Source: Candidatus Woesearchaeota archaeon (lineage in GTDB: Archaea; Nanobdellota; Nanobdellia; Woesearchaeales; UBA12501). From it: DNA of 64,000 nt. Position 1 is the stretch's first letter. Each line of letters begins with the position of its first letter. The position numbers and the translations under genes are program-made. The notes beneath the pieces were generated by a model that did not search any database, was not told the DNA's origin, and was given only the letters and a program-made list of their open reading frames with translations. The stretch lies in NCBI GenBank assembly GCA_046484055.1, contig JAWOBY010000048.1:4596-68595 (forward strand), read 5' to 3'. Below, in pieces: positions 58,875 through 64,000 of this stretch.

Positions 58875-61064
58875 CATTCTACCGATAGACGAGAGGGGGG
58901 TGACCATCTCTTCTATATCTTTTCCGCCTTCAGGTCCGATATACTTCTCATAGAGACTCATATCTTCCAGGATGCTCATTGTCCACCCAATAGCCTTATC
59001 AACATGGAATCTTCTGGCTTTCTCAGCCCACTCAGCTGTCTCTCCTCTTTCTTTTGAAACAGTTAAATCCCTGCTTCTGTATCCTGCCATCTCCATATGC
59101 CTCTGGACAGCACCAAATGGTAGGAAAGGATTTAACAAACTGTAATCATCTCCCCAATATAACTCTTTTATCTCCTCCTTCTGCTCTTCATCAAGGTATT
59201 CACTGCTGAACTCACAAAGATTAACAAAAAAATAGAAAGGAGGCATCATCTCATCATTCTCAAAGTCAATCTTTCTCACTCTGCGGTCTTTCATAAAATT
59301 CATGAGATTGCTGTCTGTGTATGCTTTTTTTGGGAGCGGTGTGATTGTGCGTCCGATAACATCCATCCCTCTCTCAACAGACATTCTCTCTCCATCGCTT
59401 ATCAGGGTTCCGCTCCTTTGGATGAACTCAAGCGATTGACTGGATTTGTCTTTAAAGTAATTTCCAGGGAAGTTTATACAGTCTTCAAGTCTTATACTTC
59501 CATCCCTGTAAGAATCCATCATCCTGTCCTCTATATCCCTGAGGAGCACAACTGCGCTTTTCAACTCCTCAAAAAACCCATCTTCTCCTTCATGAATCAT
59601 CTGGTGGAGGTTTTTTCCCTCTATATATCTTAAGAATATATGATAATGGCCGTCTGAAGTCAGGTCACAAAGGAAATCAGAAATCCTGTCGCCAAAATAA
59701 GGCTTCAATGCTCTTATCTGCTCTTTTTCTACTCTGAGCCTCTTCTCCTGCATGTTCCTCTTTATGGCCACCAGGTTCTGTATGTACTTGTCAAACTTAT
59801 GCAATAACAACTCATTCCGGAATTCACCTGCGATACTGAAATCCTCTACTGATTTTCCCTCCAGAAGAATGGCCCCGCCCTCCGTGTATTTCTTTTCAGC
59901 CTCTTCGTCCCTTCCAGTATGTTCCAGCATCTCACCATGAAGGAAGAATGGTTTTGGGTCATCTTCACAACGCTCCTCAGCATCTTCCATGGCCTGGAAA
60001 GCCATATGCCTGCTTGGAAGGCGCCAGTGCAGTGCTGCAAGACTATAATAATTTGATTGGTCAATAGGATTCTTCCTGATTTCTTTCTTAATCTTTTTAT
60101 ATTCCATGATATGGGGGTTTACTATAAACCTTAATCTATCAAGAAATTTTTTTATCTGTGTTTCATCTCCTTTGATATTGATTCCTTTTGAATAAGCCCT
60201 CAGAACCCAATCCATCTTTTCATTTTTTGCGTAAATATCTCCCAAATCAAAAGCCAAATCTCGCTTAGGATTTATTTTTAATTTATTCTCCAAGATATCT
60301 TCTGCTCTTTTGTAATCTTTTTTCCAGTAAAGATAACTCACTTTTATCTTTTCCCTTGATTCTTCTTTGTATTTGGGGTTTAAGAATAAGTCTGCAAACT
60401 TAACTGAAAAAAGAGTCGCAATATAAATTCCTGCCGTCCCTAATATCATTATTGGAAGGTAGTTTTTGGTATTGTACTCCAGTGTTGCCTCTACTTTTTT
60501 TGTTAATTCGATATAAAAATCAACTCCCATATCTTCAATAGCTTTTTCCTTAAAACCATCATCAAAATGAAGAAGTTTAAAAGGTTTATAATAGTCTTCA
60601 TAAAACTCTTTAATAAGATTAGTGTACAAGAATTTGGATGTGATTAACAATGAAGTTGATTTTGGATGTTTTAGTAACCAGAGCAAAGGGTTTTTTGTTT
60701 TTTTGTAAACATTTGAACTGGGTTCAGTTTCTTCTAGTTTCTCGCCATTTTCTTCAATCAACTTGTCAACACTTCTATGATTCTTATCTTCAGCTTTGTA
60801 AAGGAAGCGATGCATAATATTGTCTAAAACTCTGTAGGATACAAAACCAAGAGCGATTGAGTTAAGGAGATTTAGATAAAACGGGCTTTCAAAAACTTTA
60901 TCACTCCAATCATTAATGAATGTTGCATTCTTAAAAAATATTTCATAACTTATTAATGTGGTCCCAGCGCCTAGTATCTTTGGAATCGTTTCCCTTATCC
61001 TATCCTCTAAATCTTTCTCCTTTGCCTTCTCTTTCACTTTTCCTAACAGTCTGCGTACCCCCAT
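58869..61064 (-). CDS. large membrane-associated protein: N-terminal TM/helical region, TPR-like middle, C-terminal atypical kinase-like domain
   Basis: 731-aa ORF. The hinge-like segment is HYHIFLRYIEGKNLHQMI. The catalytic-loop-like segment is YTDSNLMNFM (D-x4-N), followed by KIDFE. The 5' half of the gene (about 60100-61060) is visibly more AT-rich. Confidence 0.55.
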   Translation of the reverse strand: MGVRRLLGKVKEKAKEKDLEDRIRETIPKILGAGTTLISYEIFFKNATFINDWSDKVFESPFYLNLLNSIALGFVSYRVLDNIMHRFLYKAEDKNHRSVDKLIEENGEKLEETEPSSNVYKKTKNPLLWLLKHPKSTSLLITSKFLYTNLIKEFYEDYYKPFKLLHFDDGFKEKAIEDMGVDFYIELTKKVEATLEYNTKNYLPIMILGTAGIYIATLFSVKFADLFLNPKYKEESREKIKVSYLYWKKDYKRAEDILENKLKINPKRDLAFDLGDIYAKNEKMDWVLRAYSKGINIKGDETQIKKFLDRLRFIVNPHIMEYKKIKKEIRKNPIDQSNYYSLAALHWRLPSRHMAFQAMEDAEERCEDDPKPFFLHGEMLEHTGRDEEAEKKYTEGGAILLEGKSVEDFSIAGEFRNELLLHKFDKYIQNLVAIKRNMQEKRLRVEKEQIRALKPYFGDRISDFLCDLTSDGHYHIFLRYIEGKNLHQMIHEGEDGFFEELKSAVVLLRDIEDRMMDSYRDGSIRLEDCINFPGNYFKDKSSQSLEFIQRSGTLISDGERMSVERGMDVIGRTITPLPKKAYTDSNLMNFMKDRRVRKIDFENDEMMPPFYFFVNLCEFSSEYLDEEQKEEIKELYWGDDYSLLNPFLPFGAVQRHMEMAGYRSRDLTVSKERGETAEWAEKARRFHVDKAIGWTMSILEDMSLYEKYIGPEGGKDIEEMVTPLSSIGRML

Positions 61065-61152
61065 AACAGCTACGGACCATACAACATCCTTATAAACCTT
61101 TTCCAGAAAAAGCGATTATTGTGATCCTTTCGTCACCATACCCTTACAAAAA

Positions 61153-62613
61153 CTAACTCACTTTCTCCTCAATTGCCCTCTTGGCCAGGACTTCCTTGGC
61201 CGCTTCGATGAAGGCCTCTTCGTTCTCGTTCGGTATCACGGCCCCTGCGGCGAACTGGTGGCCTCCGAATTCCCCTCCCGCCCTTGCTGTTATCTCCTTC
61301 ACGATCTCTCTCAGGTCTATGTCCTTTATCGCATTCCTCTGGTTGGCTATCCTGAGGGATACTTTTGTGGTGCCGTCAAGCGCGTTCGCGAGGGCCATGA
61401 CCAGCGTGCCTTCCTCCAGGCTGTTCCCTCTTGTGAGTATGGATGCGGTCGTACCGATGATGGTTGAGGGTATGTTCTCTCCCGCGTTTATTATTATGTA
61501 GCCGTCGCCTTTCATAATCTTTTCGCTGTTGTCCCTGTACCAGTTCATGGCCTTGACTATCGCTTTCTTGTACTCATCAAGCGTCCTCATGGCCCTCTGC
61601 CGCGATTTTTTGTCGCACAGGCAGGCGCCGATGCCTACTGAGGCCTTGTTGAGCCTTCCGCAAGCGTTGAGCAGTGTGGAGAATTCCTTGGCATCCCTGA
61701 AGGGTGTCCCTCTCTCGCCATTCAGCAGGGTGTAGGTGAATCCCAGGACATCCTCCGGCTTTTCCTCACCGTTGCGCTTCATTATTACTGAGGCCACGAG
61801 TCTCTTCATCTCATCCCTTGTCAAATCCCCCAATTTCTTCCAGTCATTGCCTTTCCGCGGGTTGATCCCTATCTCCTGCAGGAACTGGAGCGCCCTGCTC
61901 TCGTTCCCGCTGACTCCCGGTATGTATGGGTCATTGCTGTATTCGAGGACCTTATGCACCGGCCTGGTCTGGGAGCCGAATACCCTCAGGCCTTCCTTGA
62001 CCTCTATCTGGCCGTTGTCTATCGCTTCCTGCAGTATCTCATCATTGAGCTTTCTGAATCCTAATTCCTCCTGAACATCGCCTATGGCGCCCAGAATTCC
62101 GAGATATGCGTTCTCTTTATTTGATTCATTGAGGGCTTTCGCGAACAGGTATACAACTCCCGCGCCGGCTATCTCTTTCCCTCCGTCAATGCCGGACAGG
62201 GCGGGATTCACGAACATGATATTGTCCTTCTCCCTGACCGCCTCTGCTTTCTCCTTGCTCACGTCGTGGTGGTCCAGTATCAGGATTTTCCTGTCACTCA
62301 GCTTTTCAGCGACCTCGTCCGCATATTCTGAGGCCAGATCAGTGAAGATAAAGTATTCATAATCCTCTTTCGCGAGGCTTGATACCAGGTTGCTGTTGAG
62401 CTGCGGGACTATTGATATGGAATATGTGGTGTTCTCCCTGTTCAGAGCATTTATTATTATGGAAGCAGCAGCTATCCCGTCCGCGTCAAGATGGCTTATT
62501 ATCCTCACAGGCCTGCCGTCACACTCTTTTTTGAACTTTCCTGCCGCGGCGGCGACTGATTGTTTGAACCCTTCATAATCCAAAGATATCACCTGGATGC
62601 CGGGGGGAGGCAT
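61153..62613 (-). CDS. recJ: RecJ-like DHH/DHHA1 phosphoesterase (archaeal RecJ/GAN, Cdc45-like)
   Basis: ISHLDADGIAAASI, FTDLAS, ILDHH, and the C-terminal GGHQFAAG (DHHA1). It has the conserved archaeal adjacency to the S15 gene. Confidence 0.8.
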   Translation of the reverse strand: MPPPGIQVISLDYEGFKQSVAAAAGKFKKECDGRPVRIISHLDADGIAAASIIINALNRENTTYSISIVPQLNSNLVSSLAKEDYEYFIFTDLASEYADEVAEKLSDRKILILDHHDVSKEKAEAVREKDNIMFVNPALSGIDGGKEIAGAGVVYLFAKALNESNKENAYLGILGAIGDVQEELGFRKLNDEILQEAIDNGQIEVKEGLRVFGSQTRPVHKVLEYSNDPYIPGVSGNESRALQFLQEIGINPRKGNDWKKLGDLTRDEMKRLVASVIMKRNGEEKPEDVLGFTYTLLNGERGTPFRDAKEFSTLLNACGRLNKASVGIGACLCDKKSRQRAMRTLDEYKKAIVKAMNWYRDNSEKIMKGDGYIIINAGENIPSTIIGTTASILTRGNSLEEGTLVMALANALDGTTKVSLRIANQRNAIKDIDLREIVKEITARAGGEFGGHQFAAGAVIPNENEEAFIEAAKEVLAKRAIEEKVS

Positions 62614-62701
62614 ATTTTTATTATTTGTGGTTTTCCAGACTATGTTTGCTGAAGATAATCAAGAGCTTATCATAATGAATAAAAAAGGAAGGAATGTGGA
62701 A

Positions 62702-63160
62702 TCATTCCACATAGAATTTTATTGATTCCGCGTCGAATTTCCAGTCCGCAGGCAGTACCTTGGCTTTCTTGTAATACTCCGCCATCCTCTTGATCTTTGA
62801 CTGGGTGAGCTGCAGTCCCCTCAGGGCTGTCTTGTCCTGCTTGTTCTCCTCAAGATGCTTCCTTATGTTCACGCTTTTCTTTATGAGGTTCAGGAGGTCC
62901 TCAGGAAGCTCCTTGGCAAGACCTTTCTCCTTGGTTATATCGCTTATCTTCTTCTTGGTCACGGACTTGACATCGGGTATTCCGTAACTGTCCCTCAGGA
63001 AAAGGCCTATCTCTGAAGGCTGCATGCCTTCCTTGGCCAGCTTCGCTATCAGCATCTCGACTTCTTTCGGCTTGTACCTTATCCATGTGGATTCCCTGTT
63101 GACCGGCTTGTTGGATCCGCTCTTGCCTTTGTCCCTTGAATACATCCTTGACATTCTCAA
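62702..63160 (-). CDS. rps15: 30S ribosomal protein S15 (uS15, S13e type)
   Basis: MYSRDKGKSGSNKP ... YKPKEVEMLIAKLAKEGMQPSEIGLFLRDSYGIPDVK ... ALRGLQLTQSKIKRMAEYYK. The start may be one of three nearby ATGs. Confidence 0.9.
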   Translation of the reverse strand: MRMSRMYSRDKGKSGSNKPVNRESTWIRYKPKEVEMLIAKLAKEGMQPSEIGLFLRDSYGIPDVKSVTKKKISDITKEKGLAKELPEDLLNLIKKSVNIRKHLEENKQDKTALRGLQLTQSKIKRMAEYYKKAKVLPADWKFDAESIKFYVE

Positions 63161-63407
63161 AACCTCCTGATATCAATATATTTCCGTTTCATTTCAATCT
63201 TTTTTATGGCTGTATGGTGCCCTCATCCAATCACAGGCCATCATAGGGAAAGTCTGCCAAAACACCTTGAGCCATAGGAAACAGAACGCTGAGCATTCCA
63301 TCTCCAGCATAAGCGAGCCCTTCAGGACCTGCTTATCCATTGATATCTGCTGTATGTGCTGATTCGGACCCCATTTATAAATCTTTCGCTGGTGAATCTT
63401 TCCTTGT

Positions 63408-63887
63408 TCATTCGCCTGCAATACTCTCAAGATCCTGCCCCTTGTGAATGCCCATCCTCCTCTTGGCCATGATGAATACGTCCGCGGCATCGTAGAGGAG
63501 TTCCTCTGCATGTTTGTTCTCAATCCCATCAGTGTAGCAGTGTATCTTTGAACCCTTCTCCTCCAGTATGGCTTTGCCGTCCATGTACACTATCTCGGGT
63601 ATGCTGTCCCTGTCCTTATCAACGATGCGGTATGTGGAGGGGCCGTCATGGAGCCTCACAATCTCCCTTATTCCGCCTTCATGAGGCTCTTTCCTGTAAT
63701 CGATCTCCCTTCCGTCGGGCATCCTCCCTGAAGCATGCGTCCTGCCTTTCATCTCTTTCACAACAGCCTTCTGCCTGCGCGTGTCCTCCTGCGTGTCTGC
63801 GCATCCTGCAAGATGGTTTGCATACGAGGTAATGCAGCATAATCCAGCGGCCAGGACCAATATCTTCAGGTTGGGGTGTCTTGCCAT
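63408..63887 (-). CDS. hypothetical protein with lipoprotein-like signal
   Basis: The internal ATG at 63887 gives MARHPNLKILVLAAGLCCITSYANHLAGC. No recognised family. The maximal ORF reaches 63932. Confidence 0.4.
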   Translation of the reverse strand: MARHPNLKILVLAAGLCCITSYANHLAGCADTQEDTRRQKAVVKEMKGRTHASGRMPDGREIDYRKEPHEGGIREIVRLHDGPSTYRIVDKDRDSIPEIVYMDGKAILEEKGSKIHCYTDGIENKHAEELLYDAADVFIMAKRRMGIHKGQDLESIAGE

Positions 63888-64000
63888 ACCCTCTGCACCT
63901 GAAGTCCTCATATAAATATTTGATGCATACAAGGGGTCTGTCCCAAATCTCGCTTTTCCTGAGGAAAAGCTCGGGTCAGCGGCCGGCTCGCGCCTGCTTC

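Noticed and set aside
63194-63529. 111-aa minus-strand ORF overlapping the end of the 63408-63932 ORF
   Set aside because: It overlaps the neighbouring ORF by 122 nt in another frame. Its Trp/Cys/Met-rich composition is odd, and it has no start signals. I found no convincing evidence of a frameshifted continuation.
1-64000. Scan for rRNA, canonical tRNA (GGTTCGAATCC or its complement), transposase/integrase genes and prophage blocks
   Set aside because: I recognised none by eye. A tRNAscan-SE or Infernal run is needed to exclude divergent or intron-containing tRNAs.

Overview
This is a compact archaeal chromosomal segment. The archaeal markers are aEF-1beta, aIF2-gamma, L21e, S15/S13e, Rpo4/RpoF, TFS, SRP54, a RecJ/GAN-like DHH protein, EndoQ and NMD3. 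It holds about 75 tightly packed protein genes, with both SD-led starts (GGAGGTG-type) and leaderless starts. I recognised no rRNA, canonical tRNA, CRISPR array, transposase or integrase by eye.

Recognisable blocks:
- A DUF5320 / split-permease / NifX-like / DUF134 cluster (4.9-7.4 kb).
- A thioredoxin-like + CcdA pair.
- A GGDEF cyclase gene overlapping endonuclease V.
- XPD helicase.
- A dTMP block (tmk, thyA fusion, dut).
- An MgtE-like transporter operon.
- EndoQ.
- A riboflavin/FAD operon (ribC-ribH-ribD-ribA-ribL).
- A divergent alpha-glucan island: debranching enzyme, GalT-like, GT3 glycogen synthase | wHTH, GT4/5 synthase, GH57, and two paralogous unknown-domain proteins.
- A translation/transcription core (SRP54, L21e, RpoF, DUF655, aIF2-gamma, RecJ-like, S15).

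The most unusual signal is non-coding. Two long ORF-free intergenic regions are packed with perfect hairpins enclosed by long-range helices.
- The larger region (39150-39775, between the convergent ribL and debranching-enzyme genes) has four nested modules. It reuses a small set of stems that differ by compensatory changes. It contains a pair of duplicated hairpins with a conserved 11-nt loop, and a 5' arm that can pair with two alternative partners.
- The second region (10781-11180) has the same style. G-U wobbles and a hairpin followed by a T7 run point to the + strand.

I propose these as candidate undescribed structured RNAs, or alternatively a hairpin-array or MITE-like element. This rests on sequence inspection only.

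All protein calls come from motif recognition by eye; no searches were run.
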